44,844 nt of DNA. Source: Acidimicrobiales bacterium (GTDB taxonomy: Bacteria > Actinomycetota > Acidimicrobiia > Acidimicrobiales > CAIXPF01). Positions 17,750-28,320 of this stretch are shown here, piece after piece. A model generated the notes under the pieces. It worked only from the letters and a program-made list of their open reading frames with translations. It did not search any database and was not told where the DNA came from. Within the stretch, counting starts at the first letter, position 1, and every line of letters starts with the position of its first letter. Location of the stretch: positions 1 through 44,844 of the forward strand of contig JBJXGF010000097.1 in the NCBI GenBank assembly GCA_046153015.1, read 5' to 3'. Both the position numbers and the translations under genes were made by a program.

Positions 17750-19065
17750 CCCTTGCGCAGTGGCGGGCGGCCGTCGTCGCCCGCCAGCTCGGGGTGCCAG
17801 CGCTCGAAGTGCGCGTGGTGCTGGTCGGTGACCGCACCCGGCGGGTAGTACTGGGCGTAGAAGTCGGTGTCGACGTGCTGGGCCTGGCAGGTCAGGCGCT
17901 GGTACATCGGGTCGAGGTAGGCCGGGAAGCGGCCGTAGGTGTCGTGGACGTACTGGCAGTAGTCCTTGACGATCTGGACCGTCTCCTCGCTGGGCCGCTC
18001 GATCTGCGAGGTGACCTTGTCGGGCTCGAGGTAGGCCTTGGGCTTGTCGGGCTCGTACTGGGACCACTTGCGCTCGAGGAAGGCGTCGACCGCCGCGCCC
18101 ATGTCGTCGTGGTAGGGCGGGGTGAAGGCCTCGAATACCCCGTCGCGGCCGACCGGCACGCTCGGGCCGCGCTTGGCGTCGGCGAAGCGGAAGCCGAGCC
18201 CCGGCACGTCCATCCCGCCGAGGGCGAAGCGGGCGATGTAGCCGGTGTAGGTCCAGCCGCCCAGGCCCATCGCCTGCAGGGCCAGGTTGATGTTCTGGCA
18301 GATGAAGGCCTGCTCGACGACCTGCATCGACAGCACCCGCTGCTCGAGCTCGACGATGCCCATCTGGCGGCCGGAGTCGAGGCGCCCCGAGTCGATCCAG
18401 CGCTGCAGGCCGCAGGGCGCGTAGCCGGCCGTCTCGTCCACCAGCGTGAAGCGGTAGTCGGGCGAGAAGTAGATGAACAGCAGGTTGATGTACTCGAGCG
18501 TCATGTTCGAGACCGGCAGAAAGAGCGTCGTGCCCGGCTTGTTCGCGTTCCAGTGGTTGAAGACGAACAGGCCCGGCAGGCCGGTCGGCATCTGCGCCCG
18601 GGTCGGCTCGAGCTGCTTCTTGGCGCCGCGCACCAGCTCCAGGATGAAGTCGACCTGCTGGTCGCGGGTCTTGTTCTGGAGCGTCGAGATCTCGCCGTCC
18701 TCGGGCATGAGGTTCCACATGTCGAGGAAGTAGAGCCCGTCGTCGTTGGTGAAGAAGAGCTCGGTGCCGTGGTTGGAGCACGAGCTCGGCCAGGTGCGGG
18801 CGGTCCATTGGACCATCGCGTCGGCGCCCATCGAGGGGTCGATGTCGCCCAGGTTGAGCCCGGTGAGGCCGGTGCCGGCCACCAGCAGCAGGGCCTCCTC
18901 GAGCTCGGTCAGCGGCACGGCCTCGTAGGGGCTCTCGTAGCCGAGGGTGCCGGGCATCTCCATCCCGAGCCCCATCCGGCGGCTCTTGCGGTCGAAGACC
19001 GACTGGAAGAAGGGATAGCCCAGGCCGTCGTCGAGGCCGGGGGGGTGGGGGAGGCCCGTGCTCAC
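17746..19065 (-). CDS. Uncharacterised protein, possibly nitroreductase-like fold
   Basis: Coding-like codon usage and GTGA coupling to the acyl-CoA dehydrogenase. RKSRR, RTWPSS and [15 protein letters not shown] resemble FMN-binding nitroreductase motifs. Confidence 0.6.
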   Translation of the reverse strand: MSTGLPHPPGLDDGLGYPFFQSVFDRKSRRMGLGMEMPGTLGYESPYEAVPLTELEEALLLVAGTGLTGLNLGDIDPSMGADAMVQWTARTWPSSCSNHGTELFFTNDDGLYFLDMWNLMPEDGEISTLQNKTRDQQVDFILELVRGAKKQLEPTRAQMPTGLPGLFVFNHWNANKPGTTLFLPVSNMTLEYINLLFIYFSPDYRFTLVDETAGYAPCGLQRWIDSGRLDSGRQMGIVELEQRVLSMQVVEQAFICQNINLALQAMGLGGWTYTGYIARFALGGMDVPGLGFRFADAKRGPSVPVGRDGVFEAFTPPYHDDMGAAVDAFLERKWSQYEPDKPKAYLEPDKVTSQIERPSEETVQIVKDYCQYVHDTYGRFPAYLDPMYQRLTCQAQHVDTDFYAQYYPPGAVTDQHHAHFERWHPELAGDDGRPPLRKG

Positions 19066-20204
19066 AGCCCCAGCTCCTTGCCGATGATCAGCTGCTGGAT
19101 CTCGCTGGTGCCCTCGGTGATCGAGGCGAGCTTGGCGTCACGGTAGTAGCGCTCGACCGGGTACTCGACGATGTAGCCGTAGCCGCCGTGGATCTGGACG
19201 GCCTCGCGGCAGACGTAGTCGGCCACCTCGGCCGAGAAGTACTTGGCCATCGAGGCCTCCTTCACGCACGGCCTGCCGGTCGAGTAGAGCCAGGCGGCCT
19301 TGTAGGCGAGGCTCTTGGCGGCCTCGATCCGGGTCGCCATGTCGGCCAGCTTGAAGCGGATCGCCTGGAACTTGGACAGGCTGCGCCCGAAGGCCTCGCG
19401 CTCGGTCGCGTACTGGCGGGCGGCGTCGAAGGCGGCCTCGGCGATCGCGGCCGACTTCACCCCGTGCGAGACGCGCCCGGTGATGAGCGCCTCCATCAGC
19501 GCCCCGAAGGCGCCCTCCTTGCCGCCGAGCAGGGCCTCCTCGCCGACCTCGCAGTCCTCGAAGACCAGCTCGGCGGTGTCCGAGGAGCGGTGGCCCATCT
19601 TCTCCAGCTTGCGCGTCACCTCGAAGCCCGGGGTGTCGCGGTCGACGATGAAGACGCTGATGCCCTCGCCGCGCTTGGTGCGGTCGGTGTAGGCGGCGAC
19701 CAGGCAGTAGTCGCAGATCGTCCCGTTGGTGATGAAGTTCTTGCGGCCGTTGATGACGTAGCCGCCGTTCTTCTTCTCGGCGCGCGAGGCAAGCCCCGCG
19801 GCGTCCGAGCCGGTGTTGGGCTCGGTGATCGCGTAGGCCCCGATGATCTCGCCGGCGATCGAGCGGGGCAGGTACTTCTCGCGCTGGGCGTCGGTGCCGA
19901 ACTTGTAGATCGGGAAGGCGGCCAGGTCGGCGTGCGCGTTCACCGAGGCCGTGATGCCGGCGCAGACCTTCGCCATCTCCTCGACGAAGATGCACTCGGT
20001 GATCTTGTCGGCGCCGATGCCGCCGTACTCCTCCGGGAAGACGATGCCCAGCAGGCCGAGCTCGCCGAGCATCGGGAGGACCTCGACGGGGAACTTCTCG
20101 TTGCGCTCCGCCTCCTCCACCAGTGGGGCGATCTCGCCCTGGGCGAACTCGCGGACCATCTGGCGAAGGTCCTCCTGCTCCTCCGTGAAGGCGTAGCTCA
20201 GCAT
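19062..20204 (-). CDS. Acyl-CoA dehydrogenase
   Basis: [50 protein letters not shown]. Confidence 0.93.
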   Translation of the reverse strand: MLSYAFTEEQEDLRQMVREFAQGEIAPLVEEAERNEKFPVEVLPMLGELGLLGIVFPEEYGGIGADKITECIFVEEMAKVCAGITASVNAHADLAAFPIYKFGTDAQREKYLPRSIAGEIIGAYAITEPNTGSDAAGLASRAEKKNGGYVINGRKNFITNGTICDYCLVAAYTDRTKRGEGISVFIVDRDTPGFEVTRKLEKMGHRSSDTAELVFEDCEVGEEALLGGKEGAFGALMEALITGRVSHGVKSAAIAEAAFDAARQYATEREAFGRSLSKFQAIRFKLADMATRIEAAKSLAYKAAWLYSTGRPCVKEASMAKYFSAEVADYVCREAVQIHGGYGYIVEYPVERYYRDAKLASITEGTSEIQQLIIGKELGL

Positions 20205-20305
20205 GCGGCAACCTCGGGACGGGTCGGGGAACGTCGCCGCGGGCGCGCCGACGGGGGCAACCTCGGCAAAGTTTACCCTCGGGGGGGCGGATAGACTGAG
20301 GGTCC

Positions 20306-21067
20306 GTGACCGACCCATTCCGCCTCGACGGTCGCACCGTCATCGTCACCGGGGCCTCGCGCGGGATCGGCGCAGAGGTCGCGCGCGGCATCGTCGCCCG
20401 TGGCGGCGGAGTGGTGCTGGTGGCCCGCTCAGCCGAGACCCTCGCCGCGCTCGCGGCCGGCCTCGACGGGCCCGTGGCGACGGTCGCCGGCGACGTCGGC
20501 GACACCATGACCGCCGGCGAGGCGCTCGACGCGGCCGAGAAGCTCGGCAACCTGTGGGGCGTCGTCAACAACGCCGGCATCAACCCCTACTACCACCCGG
20601 TCGTCGAGACCCCGCTGTCGGAGTGGGACGAGATCCTGCGGGTCAACGTGCTCGGCGCCGCGGCGATGGCGCGCGCGGTCGGGCTGGCGCTGGTCGAGGC
20701 TGGGAACGGCGGGCGGATCGTCAACCTCTCCTCGGTCGCCGGGCTCACCGGCCTTCCCAACATCGGCCCCTACAACGCCTCCAAGGCGGCCCTCGACGCG
20801 CTCACGCGCACCCTCGCCGTGGAGCTCGGTCCGGCCGGGGTGCTGTGCAACTCGATCGCCCCGGGCACGATCGCCACCGAGATGGTCGACGGCCTCATGA
20901 CCGCGAACCCCGCCCTCAAGGAGAAGCTGGTCGCCAAGGCGCCGCTCGGGCGCCTCGGGGCGGTGGCCGAGGCGGCCTGGCCGATCGTCTTCCTGCTCAC
21001 CGACGCCGCCAGCTTCATCACCGGCCAGACGATCGTGGTCGACGGCGGCCGCCTGGCCCAGGGCTAG
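20306..21067 (+). CDS. SDR family oxidoreductase
   Basis: [34 protein letters not shown]. Confidence 0.92.
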   Translation: MTDPFRLDGRTVIVTGASRGIGAEVARGIVARGGGVVLVARSAETLAALAAGLDGPVATVAGDVGDTMTAGEALDAAEKLGNLWGVVNNAGINPYYHPVVETPLSEWDEILRVNVLGAAAMARAVGLALVEAGNGGRIVNLSSVAGLTGLPNIGPYNASKAALDALTRTLAVELGPAGVLCNSIAPGTIATEMVDGLMTANPALKEKLVAKAPLGRLGAVAEAAWPIVFLLTDAASFITGQTIVVDGGRLAQG

Positions 21068-21069
21068 GC

Positions 21070-22587
21070 GTGCGGATCGTCGTCTGCGGGGCCGGCACGG
21101 CCGGCTGCGTCGTCGCGGCCCGCCTCTCCGAGGACCCCGCCAACGAGGTCACGCTGCTCGAGGTGGGTCCTCACTACCGGCCCGGCGGCTGGCCGGCCGA
21201 GCTGGCCCACTCGCACCGGATCATCAAGGAGACCCACGACTGGGGCTACCTGGCGCGCGCCGGGGCCTCGCCGCGGATCGTCCACGTTCCGCGCGGGCGG
21301 GTGGTGGGGGGCTCCTCGATCACCAACGGCGCGATCGCCCTGCGCGGCCACCCCGAGCACTACGACGAGTGGGACGCCCACATCGACGGGTGGGGGTGGG
21401 AGAGCTGGCTGCCCTGGTTCCGCGCGATCGAGTCCGACCGCGACTTCGGCGCGGCCGCCTGGCACGGCGACCACGGGCCGATCCCGATCAGCCGCTACCC
21501 GCGCCCGGACTGGCTCGAGCTGCAGGAGCGCTTCGCCGAGGCGGCCCTGGCGGCGGGCCACGGATGGATCGACGACCACAACGCCCCCGGGGCGATCGGC
21601 ATCGGCCCGATCCCGCTCAACATGGTGGACGGGGTGCGCCAGACACCGGCCGACCGCTACCTCGACCCGGCCCTGGCGCGGCCCAATCTGGAGCTGCGCG
21701 CGGGGGTCACCGTCGACCGGGTCGTGCTCGAGGGGGGCGTGGCGCGCGCGGTCGAGGTGCTCGGCGCGGGCGGCCCCGAGCGCCTCGCGGCCGACGCGGT
21801 CATCATGGCCCTCGGCACCTACGCGACGCCCGCGGCGCTCCTTCGCTCGGGGGTCGGGCCGCTCGAGGAGCTCGGGCGGCACGGGATCCCGGTGGCCGCC
21901 GCGGTCCGCGGGGTCGGACGTGGGATGCAGGACCACCCCAAGGTCTCCTACCGCTTCGAGCTCGGCCTGGAGGCGCCGGCCTGGCCGAGCCCCTGGTACC
22001 AGTGCCTTCTGACCGGCGAGCATGAGGTCGGCGGTGAGCGGCGCGTCTACCAGGTGATGCCCTACTCGGGCACGGTCGAGGGGGGCCAGCGCTACACCGA
22101 TCTGAACGTCCAGGTCGCCGACGCCCGCTCCCGGCGCGGGATCATCCGGCTGCAGAGCCGCGACCCGGCCGCCCAGCCGGCGATCGAGATGGGCTGGTTC
22201 CTCGAGCCCTCCGACCGCGCCGCGGCGGTCGCCGCCGGTCGGCGCCTGCTCGAGGTGGCCCGCACGCCGCCGCTCGCCGGCGTCCTCACGCCGTGGCCCG
22301 GGCTCGACGACCCCGACCAGGTCCTGCGCACCGTCGAGACCTTCCACCACCCGGTCGGCTCCTGCCGGATGGGCCGCCCGGACGACCCCGAGGCGGTCGT
22401 CGACGGCGCGGGGCGCGTGCGCGACACCGAGGGCCTGTGGGTGATGGACGCCTCGGTGATCGCGCGGGTGCCCTCGGCCAACACGCACCTGGCCGTCATC
22501 GCCCTCGCCGAGCGCCTGGCCGGCGCCTTTCGCGGGGCGGGGGAGCGGCCCCCGGCGGAGTGGGCGACGACGGAGGATGCGACATAA
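21070..22587 (+). CDS. GMC family flavoprotein oxidoreductase
   Basis: GAGTAG, PRGRVVGGSS, LLRSGVGP, HHPVGSCRMG, DASVI..PSANT. Confidence 0.9.
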   Translation: MRIVVCGAGTAGCVVAARLSEDPANEVTLLEVGPHYRPGGWPAELAHSHRIIKETHDWGYLARAGASPRIVHVPRGRVVGGSSITNGAIALRGHPEHYDEWDAHIDGWGWESWLPWFRAIESDRDFGAAAWHGDHGPIPISRYPRPDWLELQERFAEAALAAGHGWIDDHNAPGAIGIGPIPLNMVDGVRQTPADRYLDPALARPNLELRAGVTVDRVVLEGGVARAVEVLGAGGPERLAADAVIMALGTYATPAALLRSGVGPLEELGRHGIPVAAAVRGVGRGMQDHPKVSYRFELGLEAPAWPSPWYQCLLTGEHEVGGERRVYQVMPYSGTVEGGQRYTDLNVQVADARSRRGIIRLQSRDPAAQPAIEMGWFLEPSDRAAAVAAGRRLLEVARTPPLAGVLTPWPGLDDPDQVLRTVETFHHPVGSCRMGRPDDPEAVVDGAGRVRDTEGLWVMDASVIARVPSANTHLAVIALAERLAGAFRGAGERPPAEWATTEDAT

Positions 22588-22663
22588 TCGCTGTTGGCAT
22601 GCACCGGACGCGCGTGCGTGGGGAGGTGCCAGAATCCCCTCGACACCGACCCTGAGAGGACCC

Positions 22664-23161
22664 ATGCCGGAGCTTCCCGCCGCCGCCGATCCGAGCGCCT
22701 CCTACACCGCCGTGATGGAGACATCCGCCGGCGAGATCACCCTCGAGCTGTGGCCCGACCTGGCGCCCCAGACGGTGGGCAACTTCGTCGGCCTCGCGCG
22801 GCAGGGCTTCTACGACGACACGGTCTTCCACCGGATCATCCACGACTTCATGATCCAGGGCGGCTGCCCGAAGGGCACCGGCACCGGCGGCCCCGGATAC
22901 GACTTCGGCGACGAGATCAACGAGCGCAAGCTGGTGAAGGGCGTGCTCGCGATGGCCAACGCCGGGCCGAACACCAACGGCAGCCAGTTCTTCATCGTCA
23001 CCTCGCCGGCCACGCCGTGGCTCGACGGCGCCCACACCGGCTTCGGCCGGGTGATCGGCGGCGAGGACGTCGTCGAGGCGCTCGCGACGACACCGACCGG
23101 CCCCGGCGACCGGCCCCGCGAGACCCAGCGGCTGGTCACGATCCGGATCGAGGAGGGCTGA
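22664..23161 (+). CDS. ppiB: Cyclophilin-type peptidyl-prolyl isomerase
   Basis: FHRIIHDFMIQGG, LAMANAGPNTNGSQFFI, WLDGAHTGFGRV. Confidence 0.92.
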   Translation: MPELPAAADPSASYTAVMETSAGEITLELWPDLAPQTVGNFVGLARQGFYDDTVFHRIIHDFMIQGGCPKGTGTGGPGYDFGDEINERKLVKGVLAMANAGPNTNGSQFFIVTSPATPWLDGAHTGFGRVIGGEDVVEALATTPTGPGDRPRETQRLVTIRIEEG

Positions 23162-23595
23162 CGCCACCCGTCTCCTCCTCGTGGGAGATCACCCTCCTGC
23201 GTCGCCCCCCCGGCGCGCGCCGCCCGCGGGTGGCCGCCCGGGTCGTCCTCGAGGCGCCCGACCTGGCCGAGGCGCGGATCGCCGCCGAGGCCGTCCTCGA
23301 CGAGCGGCGCTCGGACGAGTCGCGCTGGTCGCTCGGGCTGCTGCGGCCGCTCACCCCGATGGCGCCCGGCACGCACCGCTACCGGGCGACCTTCGCCCTC
23401 TGGGAGGCCGGTGAGGACCGCTTCGTGCGCCGCGACGTGCATCACTGCGAGGTCTGGGCGGTCGACGCCCAGAGCGCCCGGCGCCTCGCCCAGCAGGAGA
23501 TCCGCAAGGTGAGCGGCTACGAGCCCTCGTGGCGCATCCGCCAGGTCGCGCGGGTCGACGGCGCCCGCGCCCGCCCGGCGGGCGGCCGGCGCTGA
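23158..23595 (+). CDS. Hypothetical protein with an apparent internal two-fold repeat (probable CTG start)
   Basis: The open frame fills the gap exactly, with CTGA overlaps at both ends and GC3-rich codons. Confidence 0.55.
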   Translation: MTPPVSSSWEITLLRRPPGARRPRVAARVVLEAPDLAEARIAAEAVLDERRSDESRWSLGLLRPLTPMAPGTHRYRATFALWEAGEDRFVRRDVHHCEVWAVDAQSARRLAQQEIRKVSGYEPSWRIRQVARVDGARARPAGGRR

Positions 23596-24989
23596 GCGGC
23601 GAACCCGCCCGGCGCCCACTGATCACGGGCGAGGGGCGCCGCGAGACCGCGCAGTGGCTCGCGGTCCACGCCCCGGGCGACGGGGAACTGCTGGCCGAGG
23701 TCGCGGCCGCCGATGTGGACGACGTCGACCGGGCCGTCCGGGCCGCGCAGGCCGCCTGGCCGGCGTGGGCCGCCCTTCCCCCACTCGCGCGCGGGCGCGC
23801 CCTCGCGGCCTACGCCCGCCTGGTCGACTCCGAGCAGCCGGCTCTGGCCGAGCTCGTCCACCGCGAGACCGGCAAGCCCCTCGGCGAGGCCCAGGCCGAG
23901 GTCGCCCGCGCCGCCGAGGTGGTCCATCACTTCGCCGCCGAGGCCGAGCGGATGTGGGCCCAGCAGATGCCCGGCCCGACGCTCGCCACCGGCAGCTGGG
24001 TGCGCCCCTCGCCCCTCGGGGTGGTCGCCGCCATCACCCCCTGGAACTTCCCCGTCGCGCTGGTCGTCTGGAAGCTCGCGCCGGCGCTCGCCGCCGGCTG
24101 CGCGGTGGTGGTGAAGCCCGCCGTCGAGGCGCCCCTCGCGGCCTGGGCGCTCTGCGATCTGGCCGAGCAGGCCGGCCTGCCGCCCGGCCTGGTGAGCTGC
24201 CTGACCGGCGACGGACCCCTGGTCGGGGAGGCCCTCGCCACCCACCCTGAGGTCGCCAAGGTCGCCTTCACCGGATCGCGCCGGGTCGCCGAGCAGATCG
24301 CCGGCTGGGCGGCGCCGCGGCTGAAGGCGCTCTCGCTCGAGCTCGGCGGCCACGGGGCGCTCGTGGTGCTGCCCGACGCCGACCTCGACATCGCCGCCGA
24401 GGTCGCGACCATGCAGGGCTACGTCAACTCGGGACAGGCCTGTTATGCGGTCAACCGGGTGCTCGTGCCACCCGCCCTCGCGGGCGACCTGCTCGAGCGG
24501 ATGCGCGCGCGCATCGCCGCCATCGCCCTCGGGCCGATGACCACCGACCGCGGCCTGGCGCGCCACCACGCCCTCCTGGAGGAGGCCCGCGGCCACACGG
24601 GGGTGGCGATCGAGGGCGGCGAGGAGATCTCCCCCGGCCGCCTGTCGCCGGCCCTGGTCACCGGCGCCGGGCCGGGCGTGCGGCTGGTCGACGAGGAGCC
24701 CTTCACCCCGATCGTGGCGGTGATCGAGGTCGCCGACACCGCCGCGGCGATCGCGGAGGCCAACCGCCCCGACTACGGGCTGGTCAACTACGTCTGCGGG
24801 GCGGACCTGCGCGCCGCCCTCGAGACCGCCCAGGCGCTCGCCTCGGGCACCGTCGTGGTGAACGGCTGGCGCGTGGTGGTGCCCTACGCCCCCTACGCCG
24901 GCTGGCGCGGCTCAGGGGTCGGCGCCGAGCTCGGGCGGCCCGGGCTCGAGGCCTTCGTGCACTGGCAGCACCTGCGCGTCCTGGCCTAG
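23592..24989 (+). CDS. Aldehyde dehydrogenase family protein (probable CTG start)
   Basis: ITPWNFP, KLAPALAAGC, AFTGS, LELGG, GQAC, EEPFTP. Confidence 0.9.
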   Translation: MSGEPARRPLITGEGRRETAQWLAVHAPGDGELLAEVAAADVDDVDRAVRAAQAAWPAWAALPPLARGRALAAYARLVDSEQPALAELVHRETGKPLGEAQAEVARAAEVVHHFAAEAERMWAQQMPGPTLATGSWVRPSPLGVVAAITPWNFPVALVVWKLAPALAAGCAVVVKPAVEAPLAAWALCDLAEQAGLPPGLVSCLTGDGPLVGEALATHPEVAKVAFTGSRRVAEQIAGWAAPRLKALSLELGGHGALVVLPDADLDIAAEVATMQGYVNSGQACYAVNRVLVPPALAGDLLERMRARIAAIALGPMTTDRGLARHHALLEEARGHTGVAIEGGEEISPGRLSPALVTGAGPGVRLVDEEPFTPIVAVIEVADTAAAIAEANRPDYGLVNYVCGADLRAALETAQALASGTVVVNGWRVVVPYAPYAGWRGSGVGAELGRPGLEAFVHWQHLRVLA

Positions 24990-26299
24990 GAGCCTGCGGC
25001 GCGGTGCACCCGGCGCGCCCAGACGAGCTGCTCGACCTTCGGCCGGGATCCGGACACGCCGCTGTCCCCCACCCCGCCCACCACGAAGTGGGCGTCCTGG
25101 TAGAGCGGGCCCTCGTTCAGGAGCACCCGCGCGGCGCGCAGGCGGGGCAGGATCTCCTCGCCCGGGCCGAAGACCGCCGCACCGAGCGCAAAGGGGGTGT
25201 CGTTGGCGAGCGCCAGGGCGTCCTCGGCGTCGTCGGCCACGACCAGGCCGCGCAGCGGGGCGAAGGTCTCCTCGCGCCAGAGCGCCAGCCCGGCGAGGCG
25301 CTCGCGCGGCAGGGCCATGATCGTCGGGGTGAAGAACGACCCGCGCTCCCCCTCGCCCACCAGCACCTCCCCGCCCGCCGCCAGGGCCCCCGCCATCGCC
25401 TCGCGCGCCTCGGCCCGGGCGCGCCCCTCCGCCAGCGGCGCGACGTCGGTCGACGGGTCAGCCGGGTCGCCGAGTCGCAGCGCCGCCACGGCCTCCACCA
25501 GGAGCGGGCGGAAACCCTCCCAGGCCGGCCGCTCCACGACGATCCGCTTGGCCGCCATGCAGAGCTGGCCCCCGTTGGCAAAGCCGCCGAGGGCGGCGGC
25601 CTCGGCGGCGGCCTCGAGGTCGGCGCCGTCCAGCACGATCATCGCGTCGTTGCCCGAGCCCTCGGGGATGTAGGGGCGCAGGAGGGCCCCCTCGGCGTAG
25701 GCGGCCCCGAGGCCGGCCAGCTGGCGCTTGCAGGTGCGCGTCGAGGCGTGGGCGACCACGGCGTGGACGCCGGGGTCCCAGACGAGCGGCTCGGCCTCGG
25801 GCCCCGGCAGGTCGACCACCACGATCGCGTGCTCGGGCCATGGCCCGGCCAGCGCCGCGAGCACCCGCCCGGTGGTGCGCCGTGCGCGCGAGGAGGGCCG
25901 CGCCAGCACGGCGTTGCCGCCGACGAGGGCCGAGGCGGCCACGAGGGTCGGCACCCACACCGGCGAGTTGGCCGCGTGCCAGCCGAGCACCACGCCGTAG
26001 GGCGCCCACTCGAGCGTCGTCGTCCCGGAGGCCGCCGGAACTTGACGGGTGCGGATCGCCTCGGCCAGGGCGGGCAGGGCGTCGAGCAGGCCGAGGGCCG
26101 AGCTGAGCTCGCGGGCCGCGAAGCGTCGCGGCTGGCCCACCTCGGCCACGGCCTCGTCGACGATCGCGTCCCCGGCGGCGGCGAGCGCGTCGCGTGAGCG
26201 CGCGCAGAGCGCCAGGCGCGCGTCGAGGTCGAGCTCGGCGACCCGGGGCTGGGCCGCGCCGGCACGGGCGGCCGGCGCGGAGGGGTCGGTGAGGGTCAC
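24986..26299 (-). CDS. Divergent aldehyde dehydrogenase family protein
   Basis: EGSGND, NGGQLCMA, EETFAP, LANDTPFAL. The NAD-binding region is atypical. Confidence 0.75.
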   Translation of the reverse strand: MTLTDPSAPAARAGAAQPRVAELDLDARLALCARSRDALAAAGDAIVDEAVAEVGQPRRFAARELSSALGLLDALPALAEAIRTRQVPAASGTTTLEWAPYGVVLGWHAANSPVWVPTLVAASALVGGNAVLARPSSRARRTTGRVLAALAGPWPEHAIVVVDLPGPEAEPLVWDPGVHAVVAHASTRTCKRQLAGLGAAYAEGALLRPYIPEGSGNDAMIVLDGADLEAAAEAAALGGFANGGQLCMAAKRIVVERPAWEGFRPLLVEAVAALRLGDPADPSTDVAPLAEGRARAEAREAMAGALAAGGEVLVGEGERGSFFTPTIMALPRERLAGLALWREETFAPLRGLVVADDAEDALALANDTPFALGAAVFGPGEEILPRLRAARVLLNEGPLYQDAHFVVGGVGDSGVSGSRPKVEQLVWARRVHRAAGS

Positions 26300-26324
26300 G
26301 GCGGCCCAGCCTAGCGAGGCCCCC

Positions 26325-27098
26325 GTGCTGCCCCCCGGGCTGGCCGTGACCGTCTCCCCGGAGGGCCTGGCGCAGGCATGGCCGCACCTGTGCCCGCTGC
26401 AGCCGGTGCGCCGAGAGGACGACGTGGTGGTCTGCGCGCCGCGCTGCGCACCCGAGGCCGCGACGGCGGCGCTGGTCTCCCTCCCCTACCCCGTCGAGGC
26501 CCTTGCGCAGATCCCCGGCTGGCCCGATCCGGCCGCGGCGATGCTCGCGGGCTGGTACCGGCGCAGCCCCGCCCACCTGGCGGCGCCGGCGGGGGTGCGC
26601 GAGCTGGTGCAGGCCCCCGGCGAGGGCTTCGGGCCGGGCGACCACCCCACGACGGCGATGTGCCTGGCGGCGCTCGAGGGCCTCGGCCCCGGGCCGGCGC
26701 TCGATGCCGGCTGCGGATCGGGCCTGCTCGCCCAGGCGTGGGCCGCCCTCGGCCGGGGGCCGGTGGTCGCCCTCGATGTCGACCCGCGCGCGGTCGACCA
26801 CGCCCGCCGCAGCCTCGCGGCCGCCGGGCGGACGGACGCGGTCGAGGTGCGCCGGGGGCCGATCCAGTCGCTCGTCGGCGGCGACACCGCCGGGCGCACG
26901 CTCCTCGCGAACGTCCCGGTCGAGGCCCACCGCGCCCTTCTGGCGCGCGTCGCCGACCCGCCGGCCGCGGTCGTGCTGTCGGGCATCCGGCCCGCCGCCG
27001 CGGCGGGCCTGCGCGAGGCCTGGCGCGCGCGCGGCATGCACCCCCACGGCGAGTGGGAGCGGGGCGGTTTCGTCTGCCTTCGCATGGTCGGCGGATGA
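26325..27098 (+). CDS. PrmA-like SAM-dependent methyltransferase (start approximate)
   Basis: PGEGFGPGDHPTTAMCL, LDAGCGSGLLA, DVDP, LLAN, VLSGI. Confidence 0.75.
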   Translation: MLPPGLAVTVSPEGLAQAWPHLCPLQPVRREDDVVVCAPRCAPEAATAALVSLPYPVEALAQIPGWPDPAAAMLAGWYRRSPAHLAAPAGVRELVQAPGEGFGPGDHPTTAMCLAALEGLGPGPALDAGCGSGLLAQAWAALGRGPVVALDVDPRAVDHARRSLAAAGRTDAVEVRRGPIQSLVGGDTAGRTLLANVPVEAHRALLARVADPPAAVVLSGIRPAAAAGLREAWRARGMHPHGEWERGGFVCLRMVGG

Positions 27099-28306
27099 GC
27101 CGGGTCTGGCGCACCTGGGCGGTGCTGGTGCTCTTCGCGCTCGGCACCAGCCTGATCACTCCGCTGATCCCGCTCTACCAGGACCGGCTCGGGTTCAGCG
27201 ACACGGTCGTCACCCTCTTTCTCGGCTGCTACGTGGTGGCGCTCGTGCCCTCGATGCTGACCCTCGGGCAGGTGTCGGACCGGATCGGGCGGCGGGCCGT
27301 GCTGCTCGGGGCGATCGCGACCCTGGCGGTGGCGCAGGTGATCCTGATCACCGAGCCCGACCTCACCGGCCTGCTCGTCGCGCGCGCCATCCAGGGGCTC
27401 GCCACCGGGGCCTTCTTCGGCACCTGCACGGCGTTCCTGGTCGACGCCGCGCCGCTCGGCCGGATGGGGTTCATCGCGGTGCTGGGCTCGGTCTCGGTGC
27501 GCACCGGCCTCGGTTTCGGGCCCGGCATCGGCGGGGTGATCGCCCAGTACTCCGACACGCCCCTGCGGCTTCCCTTCGAGCTGCACCTGATCGCGCTGGC
27601 GGTGGCGGCCGGCCTGGTCGTGAGCCTCCCCGAGACGGTCACGGTCCGCTCGCGGCGGCCGCTCACCCTGCGCCTCGAGGTCCCCGCCGCCGAGCGCGAG
27701 GTCTTCTGGCGGGTGCTGGTGCCCTCGGGCGCCCTCTTCTCCCTCTTCGACGGCGTGGCGCTGTCGCTGATCCCGGTCTTCCTGGTGCGCACCCTCGGCG
27801 TCGACAACTACGCGCTCGTCGGGGCGGCCGGGTTCCTCGTGCTCGTCTCGGGCGCGGCCAGCCAGCTCGTGTTCCCCCGCCTCCCCCCCGCGCCGGCGAT
27901 CGGGTGGGGCCTGGCGGCCGCCTCGGTGGCATCGGTCGGCGTAGTGCTCTCCGCGCCGGCCGAGTCGGCGCCGCTCGCGCTCTGCTCGGTCGCGGCCACC
28001 GGAGCGGCCGCGGGGCTGGTCTTCAAGGGCGGCCTCGACCTGTGCACCCAGATCGCCCCGGTGCAGGACCGCGGCAAGCTCATGTCCTCCTACTACGTGG
28101 CCTGCTACCTGGGCGGGTTCTCGGTGCCGCTGCTCGTGATCGGCGTCCTGTCGGACCTGATCGGGCTGACCGCGGCGCTGGCGATCCTGTCGGCCGTCGC
28201 GGCCCTCGGGGCGACCTGGACCTGGATGGTCGGGCTGCGCTCGTTGTCGGGTCTGGCGGCCCCCGCCCCCGCGACAGCGGCCCTGTCGCACCCGGGCGCC
28301 GAGTAG
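27095..28306 (+). CDS. MFS transporter
   Basis: ATGA coupling, motif A GQVSDRIGRR, about twelve hydrophobic segments. Confidence 0.9.
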   Translation: MSRVWRTWAVLVLFALGTSLITPLIPLYQDRLGFSDTVVTLFLGCYVVALVPSMLTLGQVSDRIGRRAVLLGAIATLAVAQVILITEPDLTGLLVARAIQGLATGAFFGTCTAFLVDAAPLGRMGFIAVLGSVSVRTGLGFGPGIGGVIAQYSDTPLRLPFELHLIALAVAAGLVVSLPETVTVRSRRPLTLRLEVPAAEREVFWRVLVPSGALFSLFDGVALSLIPVFLVRTLGVDNYALVGAAGFLVLVSGAASQLVFPRLPPAPAIGWGLAAASVASVGVVLSAPAESAPLALCSVAATGAAAGLVFKGGLDLCTQIAPVQDRGKLMSSYYVACYLGGFSVPLLVIGVLSDLIGLTAALAILSAVAALGATWTWMVGLRSLSGLAAPAPATAALSHPGAE

Positions 28307-28320
28307 ACTCGACGGGGCCG

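Noticed and set aside
20203-22587. SDR-GMC fusion
   Set aside because: The SDR is in another frame and stops at 21067. The GMC gene starts at GTG 21070.
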